Shown here: piece after piece, positions 11,034-18,711 of the stretch
Position numbering within the stretch: the stretch's first letter is position 1
Layout of the letters: every line of letters starts with the position of its first letter
Assembly (NCBI GenBank): GCA_009777815.1
Contig: WRLB01000004.1
Location: forward strand, 1 to 43,699
Origin: Bacteroidota bacterium
Lineage (GTDB): Bacteria > Bacteroidota > Ignavibacteria > Kapaibacteriales > UBA2268
Direction: 5' to 3'
Length of the DNA: 43,699 nucleotides
Program-made: the position numbers and the translations under genes
The notes under the pieces: model-generated
Database searches by the model: none
What the model saw: only the letters and a program-made list of their open reading frames with translations
What the model was told of the DNA's origin: nothing

Positions 11034-11062
11034 AAGGGAACGAGTAATCGTTCCCTTTTTTT
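11034..11062 (+). terminator. Rho-independent terminator of the three-gene operon
   Basis: AAGGGAACGA-GTAA-TCGTTCCCTT followed by T-run. Confidence 0.9.
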
Positions 11063-11120
11063 ATATGCTATCTGTAAGTGATAAATTGCACATTTCTTTT
11101 TATATTAAGATTTTTAAGCA

Positions 11121-11201
11121 TTTATATATCAATAACTTACGGCGTTGTTTTTTATCTTCCCAAAAAACTTCCCGTTTTTTTTTGCTAAAAATGATATATT
11201 T
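11121..11201 (+). repeat. ~80-bp dispersed module, copy 1, with IHF-consensus site
   Basis: Reverse-complement match to 16349-16427 (5 substitutions, one 2-nt indel); TATCAATAACTTA at 11127-11139 fits WATCAANNNNTTR. Confidence 0.85.
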
Positions 11202-11252
11202 TATTTACAAAAAAAATGTATATTGTATTAAATAATTAAAAAATTAATAGTT

Positions 11253-12524
11253 ATGAAAAGATTTTTAACTCTACTTACTCTAATTTTAGCAAGCCAAAAT
11301 GCAAATGCAGGTGTATTTGATGGCACACAAGGTGAAGGAACTGAAATTTCTCCCTATCTAATTTATAATATTACCGACTTAAAAGAAGTTGCAGATACTA
11401 TTAATCTAACAAATGTTTTTAATAGAAATTTTCATTTCAAACTAATGGCAGATATTACTACGCCCGTTGATTTTAGTATTGGACATAATAATCCACAAAT
11501 TACTCATCGTTTTAGCCATAGTTTTGATGGCAATATGTATAAGATTACAGTTGCAATAAATACATCGCAATATGTAGCATTATTTGGATTTATAGATAGT
11601 AATGGTGTTATTAAAAATTTAAGTGTAGATGGTGAAGTTATATCTGCAACAGGCGAGGTTGGGAGTATTGCAGGTAGGAATTATGGCATCATTCAAAATT
11701 GCACTAATTATGCATCAATAAACTCCTCACTTATTGCTCATGCTGGTGGAATTGTTGGTGTAAATTATGGCATCATTCAAAACTGCATTAACTACGGAGA
11801 AATTATAGGTAATTTATATGCAGGCGGGATTGTTGGTGTAATGTCTGCTGGTCTATTGTTTGGCTGCATAAATGCTGCTAATGTAACGGGAACAACTATT
11901 ACAGGTGGAATTGTTGGATATGCTACTGGCGCACAAGGTTACAACGATGGCGTTATTATTACTAATTGCCTAAACATTGGAACTATAATCTGCGATAATT
12001 ATGTAGGTGGTATTGTAGGACGGGCTGTAAGAACTGATAATAGAGACCCTGCTATGTTTATTCAGAATTGTGTTAATGCAGGTTTTATTAAAGGAACAGG
12101 TCAAAATAATGCTACCGCTGGGATTGTATGTATTTTTTTTGCTCCTTCTTCTGCTGGTGCTGATATCATTATATCTAACTCAATAAATACAGGAGTTGTA
12201 GAAGGGAATAATAATGTAAGTGCTATAATATCTTTCGTAGGGACATCTACATCACTCACACTTACAAATTGCCATTATGATAAGCAATTTTGCAATCATA
12301 AAGGTGTAAATGGCGTAGATATTATAGGACAAGCAGAAGGTCATTTAACAAGAAATATGGTTGGCAGAAAGTTAGCATCTTTGCTCGGCGATATTGATTG
12401 GACCTATGTAGAAAGAGCAACTTTAATAGAATGTCTTTATCCACAACTAAAAGTATTAGACAACACAGATGCAAGCAAAGTTGGTGCCACACCAATATTT
12501 TTATATGATGGGATAAAAGATTAA
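11253..12524 (+). CDS. Secreted GLUG-motif (beta-helix) protein, possibly C-terminally truncated
   Basis: Signal peptide (ANA-G), GxGTxxxPYLI, FDGNxxKI, repeated GGIVG / NCxNxGxI units; no T9SS CTD at the end. Confidence 0.75.
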   Translation: MKRFLTLLTLILASQNANAGVFDGTQGEGTEISPYLIYNITDLKEVADTINLTNVFNRNFHFKLMADITTPVDFSIGHNNPQITHRFSHSFDGNMYKITVAINTSQYVALFGFIDSNGVIKNLSVDGEVISATGEVGSIAGRNYGIIQNCTNYASINSSLIAHAGGIVGVNYGIIQNCINYGEIIGNLYAGGIVGVMSAGLLFGCINAANVTGTTITGGIVGYATGAQGYNDGVIITNCLNIGTIICDNYVGGIVGRAVRTDNRDPAMFIQNCVNAGFIKGTGQNNATAGIVCIFFAPSSAGADIIISNSINTGVVEGNNNVSAIISFVGTSTSLTLTNCHYDKQFCNHKGVNGVDIIGQAEGHLTRNMVGRKLASLLGDIDWTYVERATLIECLYPQLKVLDNTDASKVGATPIFLYDGIKD

Positions 12525-12527
12525 ATT

Positions 12528-12590
12528 GTCATATTGTACTTGTTTCATCATCTACATAATAAAGGGATGCCGAAGCGAGTTCGCCATGAC
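12528..12590. repeat. Inverted pair of degenerate family-A palindromic repeats
   Basis: GTCATATTGTACTTGTTTCATCATCT ... GGATGCCGAAGCGAGTTCGCCATGAC. Confidence 0.7.
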
Positions 12591-12644
12591 AACGTTACTT
12601 TATATGAAAAAAATAGTATTTTTGTAACAATCAAATTAGATATT

Positions 12645-13481
12645 ATGTTAAAAGCAGAAAAAAGAGGAAAATTATATGTCGTATCTACTCACATCGGAAA
12701 TATAGAAGATGTTACTATTAGAGCAAAAGAAGTATTAAAACTTTGCGACATTGTCGTCTGCGAAGAATTAAAAGTAGGTTCTGTTTTATTAAAAAAATTA
12801 CAAATAAATAAAAAATTATTAATACTTAACGAGCAAAATGAATCCGAAGTAGTATTAGAACTAATACACACTATCAAAGAAGACGATAAAAAAATATCTC
12901 TAATATCTGATTGCGGAACACCTGTTTTTGCTGACCCAGGATTCCAATTAGTAAAAACAGCGCTACTTTCTGATATAGATGTAATAGTTGTCCCCGGTGC
13001 TACAAGTTTGATGACCGCATTGGTCAGAAGTGGAATGGATTTAAATCAATTTTTATATGCAGGATTTCTCTCTCGCAAGCGTGAAGAAAGAATAGAACAA
13101 CTAATTTCTTTATCCAAAGAACCCCGCACTGTTGTTATTTATGATACGCCTTATCGTTTGCTACCCGTATTAGAAGATGCAAGCAAAGTTATGCCTAACA
13201 GAAACATATATATCGGTATGAACCTAACTATGCCATTTGAAACACATCATTACGGGACATTTGCCGAACTATTTAATAAGTTTGAAAAAGAGAAAACAAA
13301 AGCAGAATTTGTTATATGTTTCGAAGGAAATGATAATTCTGAACTTTCTATGCGTTTCGCACCTAAAAAGGAAGATATAATCAAAATAATTCCAAGAAAA
13401 GATACTAAATTTAAAACTAAAAATAATTTTAGAAAACAACAACCACCAAAATTTAGAAAAAGAGATAGAAAGATGAAGTAA
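12645..13481 (+). CDS. rsmI: 16S rRNA (cytidine(1402)-2'-O)-methyltransferase
   Basis: GKLYVVSTHIGNIEDVTIRA, ISDCGTPVFADPG, VPGATS motifs; start moved to ATG 12645 because the upstream extension is repeat-derived and a promoter motif lies at 12617-12624. Confidence 0.92.
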   Translation: MLKAEKRGKLYVVSTHIGNIEDVTIRAKEVLKLCDIVVCEELKVGSVLLKKLQINKKLLILNEQNESEVVLELIHTIKEDDKKISLISDCGTPVFADPGFQLVKTALLSDIDVIVVPGATSLMTALVRSGMDLNQFLYAGFLSRKREERIEQLISLSKEPRTVVIYDTPYRLLPVLEDASKVMPNRNIYIGMNLTMPFETHHYGTFAELFNKFEKEKTKAEFVICFEGNDNSELSMRFAPKKEDIIKIIPRKDTKFKTKNNFRKQQPPKFRKRDRKMK

Positions 13482-13510
13482 AAGTTTCTTCCTGTTACAT
13501 CTAAAAAATA

Positions 13511-15085
13511 TTACACCAATATATCAATTATTTCTATAACCTTATCAGTATAATTGCTAAACTTATCTGTATTTTTAAAATCAAGCAATGTATGTAATTT
13601 TATTAAAGTATTTTTAGCAATAAGAACATCATTATATTCTTCGTTTATAGTTATATTTTCTATATTTGTAAGTTTTTCGAGCCATCTATTTTTACCATAT
13701 CCGCCAATAATTCTATATTTATTAGCAACAGAAATTAGCGTAATTAAATTATATTTGATATTATCAACTTGGCTTTCTTTATTAAGATAATTAATCAGCA
13801 ATTTGCAATTATGTAGACGTTCTAAATCTGTTCTTCTCCATCTTCTAACAACTAATTCCAGCAAATAAAATATCTGCACAATATGATCGCTACTTGCTAA
13901 ATCATATCTATCAGATATATTTACAACAACTCCACTTTCACTAAAATACTCTCTAAATAGTTCAGCATAATTATCGGATTGGCGACTGCAAATACACATA
14001 TCAGAAAAAGGAATACCCTGCTTTTTATTTAAATCAACACACAGACGGACAATATTTTTAACTTCCTCTGCTTGATTTTCTGCTTCATAAATAGATATTT
14101 GTTTTTTTAGATTAGGGTTAAATAGTTTCACATTATCATTAAATAGCCACGTTTTTATGTTATTTACGATGCCATAAGTATTATCTAATTCTAAATTAGT
14201 ATTTAGTTCATTTGTTACTAATCTTCTAACATTTTGTGGCAAATTATCAATCATCGGACCGCTTTCTTTACTATAATCTATGCTAACTAAAACGGGAACA
14301 TTGCATTCACTAAACAGCGACACAAACTTTGCTTCGGGCATCTTAAATTCAGTAAAATCATAAAAATAAATCATACTATCTTTATCCAAAAAAGATAAAT
14401 CGTTCATATTGAATTGACTCTCAATAATAGCATTAAATATACCTACTTCATCAGTTTTATAATACTTTCTGTCATGCCGTGCTTGACTCGGCATCTCTTT
14501 ATTAGAATAATCAGGAGAATTAATCAAATATTCGTTATGACAATCGTTGCTGTTAGCCGCTAATAAATCCTCATATAACGAATATATTTTAGTTATATCT
14601 GAAAATCTTTTATCAGCCGATGTAATACCTTCCTGATAAACTAATTCATCTTGCATACTTTTAGAAGTAATTCCATCTTTTCGTAGCCCATTTACAACAT
14701 CAAAAATCTTTTCCAATATATTATAGGAAATACGATTATAATATACCAAACTTCCTTCGTTATGCAATATTTTCATTGCCTCTTCCATCAAACTTAACAA
14801 AGCAGCATCCGAATAACAACAGACATTATTATGTTTTTTTATTTCTTTAAGAACCAAAGTAGCAAAGTCAATTAAATTATAGATATGTAATTTAGTTATT
14901 GCTTTATTGTGGTGGGTGTAGTATTGTTTTATCCATTCTTTTTTTATGTAGTTGACGTATTTTCTTGTAGGAACGACTAAAACAGCCGATGAGCATTTAT
15001 CTTTTTTTATATAATATTCTAAAAATGCTTCGAGCGATGTCGGATAGATATTTCTATTATACGAACGATTATAAACTAATTGCAT
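13511..15085 (-). CDS. AddB/RexB-like inactive-helicase N-terminal half; lacks C-terminal nuclease (possible pseudogene)
   Basis: LVVPTRK, FYDFTEF...E, YEAENQAEEV..I, DMCICSR...Y motifs typical of AddB/PD-(D/E)XK family N-terminus; ends at ~525 aa. Confidence 0.6.
   Translation of the reverse strand: MQLVYNRSYNRNIYPTSLEAFLEYYIKKDKCSSAVLVVPTRKYVNYIKKEWIKQYYTHHNKAITKLHIYNLIDFATLVLKEIKKHNNVCCYSDAALLSLMEEAMKILHNEGSLVYYNRISYNILEKIFDVVNGLRKDGITSKSMQDELVYQEGITSADKRFSDITKIYSLYEDLLAANSNDCHNEYLINSPDYSNKEMPSQARHDRKYYKTDEVGIFNAIIESQFNMNDLSFLDKDSMIYFYDFTEFKMPEAKFVSLFSECNVPVLVSIDYSKESGPMIDNLPQNVRRLVTNELNTNLELDNTYGIVNNIKTWLFNDNVKLFNPNLKKQISIYEAENQAEEVKNIVRLCVDLNKKQGIPFSDMCICSRQSDNYAELFREYFSESGVVVNISDRYDLASSDHIVQIFYLLELVVRRWRRTDLERLHNCKLLINYLNKESQVDNIKYNLITLISVANKYRIIGGYGKNRWLEKLTNIENITINEEYNDVLIAKNTLIKLHTLLDFKNTDKFSNYTDKVIEIIDILV
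14471..14497 (+). repeat. Family-A palindromic repeat inside the AddB-like coding sequence
   Basis: GTCATGCCGTGCTTGACTCGGCATCTC; read on minus strand as EMPSQARHD. Confidence 0.75.
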
Positions 15086-15159
15086 ATACAAAAATAATGA
15101 AAAAAAGAGTATGTAATAAAGTCACCTCTAAAATTGTGACAATAACGCAAATATCTTTA

Positions 15160-16086
15160 TTATCTTTTTGGTCTTCTTTGGTCGTCTAATTTGTAAGTTG
15201 CGTAGCAGGGCACAAGACGTTTTGCTTGATAAGTATTTACGGCGACATTTTCTTTTTCGCAAAATGTTCCGAACCAGAATGGCAAATTCTTTTTATCATC
15301 TTGCAAATATAGACGCAAAGTAGTAATATAAGGGTATTCTCTCATTACAATAAATGATTGATGTGGCGGTTTAGTTGCAGGAATATATTGTCCCGTAGAA
15401 TCATTATAACCGACACGCAAAATCTTATAAAACTTTCCTTGAACTTGCGATAAATAACATATACCAATCGCTTTAGAATTGTCTTTAACATATTCTAAAA
15501 CAGAATCAGTTGTAGGCAATAATTTAGGATGATTAGAAACTTTTTTTTGCTTGCAAATAAGATTTACAAAGTTGCCATATTCTGAAGAGTTTTGCTCGGC
15601 AATTACAAATTCAGGTTCAAAAGTTAGATTGTTTAATTGACTTTGTAGCGATTTATGATTAGTAAAATGTTCTGTTAAAATATCAGTATTTATTGTGTCT
15701 AATGGGGAATCTGCTTGAACAAAGAAAACTATTCCATCATTTACAAGTTCCATTTTATAAAAGTCAGGAACATTATATTCATTTAATAGCGAATCTTCAT
15801 CTCGTAAATAATCTCGTCCTATAATTGCTACGCGTGTTTTACCTGATAGCAAATGCGATGTAGCATTTCGCGAATTAACATAATTGATTGCAAGTTCTAC
15901 TTTGGGATAACGCTCTTGATACATAAAAAATATAGAATCCATAGCAAATTGATAAGAAGCATCGCAATAAACTTCAATCCTGCCTGAATCTATTGTTTCA
16001 GTAGTTGGCACTTTGTTTTGCCTTTCACCACACGAGCAAAGCAAAATTACTACAAAAAGCAAAATAAGATTATTATTTTTCATCAT
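15160..16086 (-). CDS. PstS-like (PBP superfamily) substrate-binding lipoprotein
   Basis: Lipobox LLCS-C; ETIDSGRIEVYCDAS, YPKVEL, DGIVFFV, V.EYV....AIG motifs; start could be 16104, 16086 or 16083. Confidence 0.75.
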   Translation of the reverse strand: MMKNNNLILLFVVILLCSCGERQNKVPTTETIDSGRIEVYCDASYQFAMDSIFFMYQERYPKVELAINYVNSRNATSHLLSGKTRVAIIGRDYLRDEDSLLNEYNVPDFYKMELVNDGIVFFVQADSPLDTINTDILTEHFTNHKSLQSQLNNLTFEPEFVIAEQNSSEYGNFVNLICKQKKVSNHPKLLPTTDSVLEYVKDNSKAIGICYLSQVQGKFYKILRVGYNDSTGQYIPATKPPHQSFIVMREYPYITTLRLYLQDDKKNLPFWFGTFCEKENVAVNTYQAKRLVPCYATYKLDDQRRPKR

Positions 16087-16297
16087 TTTCATTCTTGTTT
16101 TCATTATTTTTAAAATTATATTCTTTATATTTCATTCTGTATAAAACTATTCTATAAACCCCAAATAAAACAAACACTCCGCCCATAACTCTAAAAAGGA
16201 CAGCATCTTCTTTTGCGGCAGGTATTACACCAATAATAAATACTATTCCTATGATAATTATAGAAATTTTAACAATGTAATTGATTATGTGTAGCAT
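16073..16297 (-). CDS. Small two-TM membrane protein
   Basis: Two hydrophobic helices, FGVYR motif; overlaps start of the PstS-like gene; promoter motif at 16319-16326. Confidence 0.75.
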   Translation of the reverse strand: MLHIINYIVKISIIIIGIVFIIGVIPAAKEDAVLFRVMGGVFVLFGVYRIVLYRMKYKEYNFKNNENKNENDEK

Positions 16298-16348
16298 ATT
16301 TTATTTATTATATTTTTACAAAAATAATGTTTTTTTTATTTGTAAATT

Positions 16349-16427
16349 AAATATATCATTTTTAGCAAAAAAATGGGAAGTTTTTTGAGAAGGTAAAAAA
16401 TAACGCCGTAAGTTATTGATATGTAAA
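16349..16427 (-). repeat. ~80-bp dispersed module, copy 2 (inverted)
   Basis: Reverse complement of 11121-11201; IHF-consensus at 16409-16421. Confidence 0.85.
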
Positions 16428-16466
16428 GAGATATTTTTTAGTATGCATTAGTTGTATTTACACTGA

Positions 16467-16733
16467 TGGCAATTCTATATTTACAAGCGTTATAGCAAGA
16501 CATTATTCGGTTGTGTCTGTCCTGCGGCTGGCGATTTGATAAGTCAAATATCAGAGCATGGAAATACAAAAACATTTTTTAGATTTTTATGTTCCGTAGT
16601 TCATAAGTATAGCGATAAGAAGGTTTATATGCTTAAAAGCATAGAAGAAAGGATTAACGGTTTTGAAAAATGGAGCAACGATATTGATAAAGAAAAAATC
16701 AAGAATATATGCAATCTTATTGTAAATCTTTAA
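16467..16733 (+). pseudogene. IS630-family transposase remnant
   Basis: Open frame reads KRYSKTLFGCVCPAAGDLISQISEHGNTKTFFRFL...YSDKKVYM, typical of the DDE_3 region before the second Asp; catalytic DN and PELNPIE segments absent. Confidence 0.6.
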
Positions 16734-16799
16734 AAGACATTATATTATTAATCTTTTTTTTCATTATTTTTGTGTTTTGTAAATAAATTAATTAGTAAA

Positions 16800-17894
16800 A
16801 TGAAATTAACAAAATTTAACGCTATACATAAAAAACTTAATGCAAAAATGGTAGAATTTGCAGGTTTTGAAATGCCAATACAATATCCTAATGGAATTAT
16901 CAACGAACATAAAATTGTTCGTAATAAAGTTGGTGTTTTTGATGTATCACACATGGGCGAGTTTGAAGTTAGAGGAAATGATGCTCTGAACTTCCTTCAA
17001 TATCTTACGGTAAATGATGCCGCTAAACTAAATTATGGTGAAGTCCAATATTCCTGTATGTGTTATGAAAATGGTGGCATCGTTGATGACTTCCTTGTTT
17101 ATAATATGGATGACCATTATATGCTGGTTGTTAATGGTGCCAATATAGATAAAGATTGGGAATGGGTAAATAAAATTGCTGCTAAATTTAGCGTAGAATT
17201 AAAAAATACTTCTGATGATTATAATCTATTAGCAGTGCAAGGTCCAATGTCTCGCCAAACTTTACAAAAACTAACAGATGTAGATATTTCAGATGCAAAT
17301 ATGCCATTCTATACTTTCAAAAAAGGTTCTATTGCAAATGTCAATGCAATCATTTCTCGCACAGGATATACAGGTGAGTTGGGCTATGAAATTTATTTCA
17401 AAGGAGACGAGCAAACTTGCGAAAAGATATGGAATGCTATATTTGAAGCGGGTGCAGAGTTTGGTATAGAGCCGACAGGACTTGGTTGCCGTGATACTTT
17501 GCGATTAGAAAAATGTTATTGCCTTTATGGAAATGATATAGACCAAACTACTAATCCTATTGAAGCAGGTTTAGGATGGATAACTAAACTTAATAAGGGG
17601 TGCGATTTTGTTGCATCCGATTTATTAAAGAAAGTAAAAGAAGAAAAACCTGCTCGTAATTTAGTTGGAATAAACATTTTAGCAGATAGATTTATTGCTC
17701 GTCACGGCTATAAAGTATTTGCTGATGGCAAAGAAATCGGTTATGTTACAAGTGGTAGTATGTCGCCAACATTAGAAAAACCTATTGCTATGGGATATGT
17801 AGCGGCTGCCTACAAGTCCATCGGAACAAAAATTGAAATAGAAGCAAGAGGAAAGTTATTTCCTGCCGAAGTGATAAAGATGCCATTTGTTTAA
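16800..17894 (+). CDS. gcvT: Glycine cleavage system aminomethyltransferase T
   Basis: FAGFEMPIQY, FDVSHMGE, SRTGYTGELGYE, GLGCRDTLRLEK motifs. Confidence 0.97.
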   Translation: MKLTKFNAIHKKLNAKMVEFAGFEMPIQYPNGIINEHKIVRNKVGVFDVSHMGEFEVRGNDALNFLQYLTVNDAAKLNYGEVQYSCMCYENGGIVDDFLVYNMDDHYMLVVNGANIDKDWEWVNKIAAKFSVELKNTSDDYNLLAVQGPMSRQTLQKLTDVDISDANMPFYTFKKGSIANVNAIISRTGYTGELGYEIYFKGDEQTCEKIWNAIFEAGAEFGIEPTGLGCRDTLRLEKCYCLYGNDIDQTTNPIEAGLGWITKLNKGCDFVASDLLKKVKEEKPARNLVGINILADRFIARHGYKVFADGKEIGYVTSGSMSPTLEKPIAMGYVAAAYKSIGTKIEIEARGKLFPAEVIKMPFV

Positions 17895-17959
17895 AATGAT
17901 AATCTCTGAATGTTATAATGAACTTGATGGGGCTTTTCCTTATTAGTTAATGTATATTT

Positions 17960-17983
17960 AACACGGGGATTCATCCCCGTGTT
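17960..17983. repeat. Family-B palindrome
   Basis: AACACGGGGAT-TC-ATCCCCGTGTT; further copies at 24585, 27330, 42598. Confidence 0.85.
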
Positions 17984-18175
17984 GTGTACATTTTTGTTAT
18001 TTTTTTGTATTTTTGCATTAATGTTTTATTTAAAAATTATGAGAGTGTTACTTACATAACATAAGCAATTTAATTGAATTTATAGAAAATACAATATAAA
18101 CCTTTTAAGTAATGCTCTCTTTTATAAAAAAAATTGTATATTTGTAAAAAATAAAATAATAAATTGTAAAGTATT

Positions 18176-18592
18176 ATGGAAAATGACAATAGTTTCTTCA
18201 GCGATGTAAACAATATAAAAACATCTAATATCAATGTTAATGCATTCGATAAAAATTATAGTAAACATTATTCTGAAGATGGAATATGGAATAAAATAAA
18301 AAAACATTATAAGAGTATCGGTAAAAAGTTTATTAAATTAGTTTTAGTTTTATACTATACTTTAAGAGATGATGATACTCCTAAATGGGCAAAAGCAATT
18401 ATATTAGGTGCGTTAGGATATTTTATTTTGCCATTAGATATTATTCCTGATTTTGTTCCTGTAATGGGATTTGCTGATGATTTAGTATCTATAACATTGG
18501 CTATTAGTTCTGTTATATTGCATATTAAAGAAGAACATAAAGAAAAAGCAGATAAAATGTTAGAAGCATTAAAAATTGATGCTAATGTTTAG
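18176..18592 (+). CDS. YkvA/DUF1232 family membrane protein
   Basis: TPKWAKAIILGALGYFILPLDIIPDFVPVMGFADD motif. Confidence 0.9.
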   Translation: MENDNSFFSDVNNIKTSNINVNAFDKNYSKHYSEDGIWNKIKKHYKSIGKKFIKLVLVLYYTLRDDDTPKWAKAIILGALGYFILPLDIIPDFVPVMGFADDLVSITLAISSVILHIKEEHKEKADKMLEALKIDANV

Positions 18593-18711
18593 TTTGCATA
18601 TAAATATAATTTTACATTATATAATTTTTTGTATAAAAAAAATTATATTTGTATATTGTAAAATGTAATTAATGATAATAATTTTATTAAATATTTGTAG
18701 AGGTAAATATC

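Noticed and set aside
12534-12644. 37-aa N-terminal extension of RsmI in the ORF track
   Set aside because: TTG start lies inside a repeat pair, and the promoter motif at 12617 is downstream of it.
13482-13513. Stop read-through or frameshift extending the AddB-like gene
   Set aside because: Only 29 nt separate it from the convergent rsmI; the sequence beyond is rsmI antisense.
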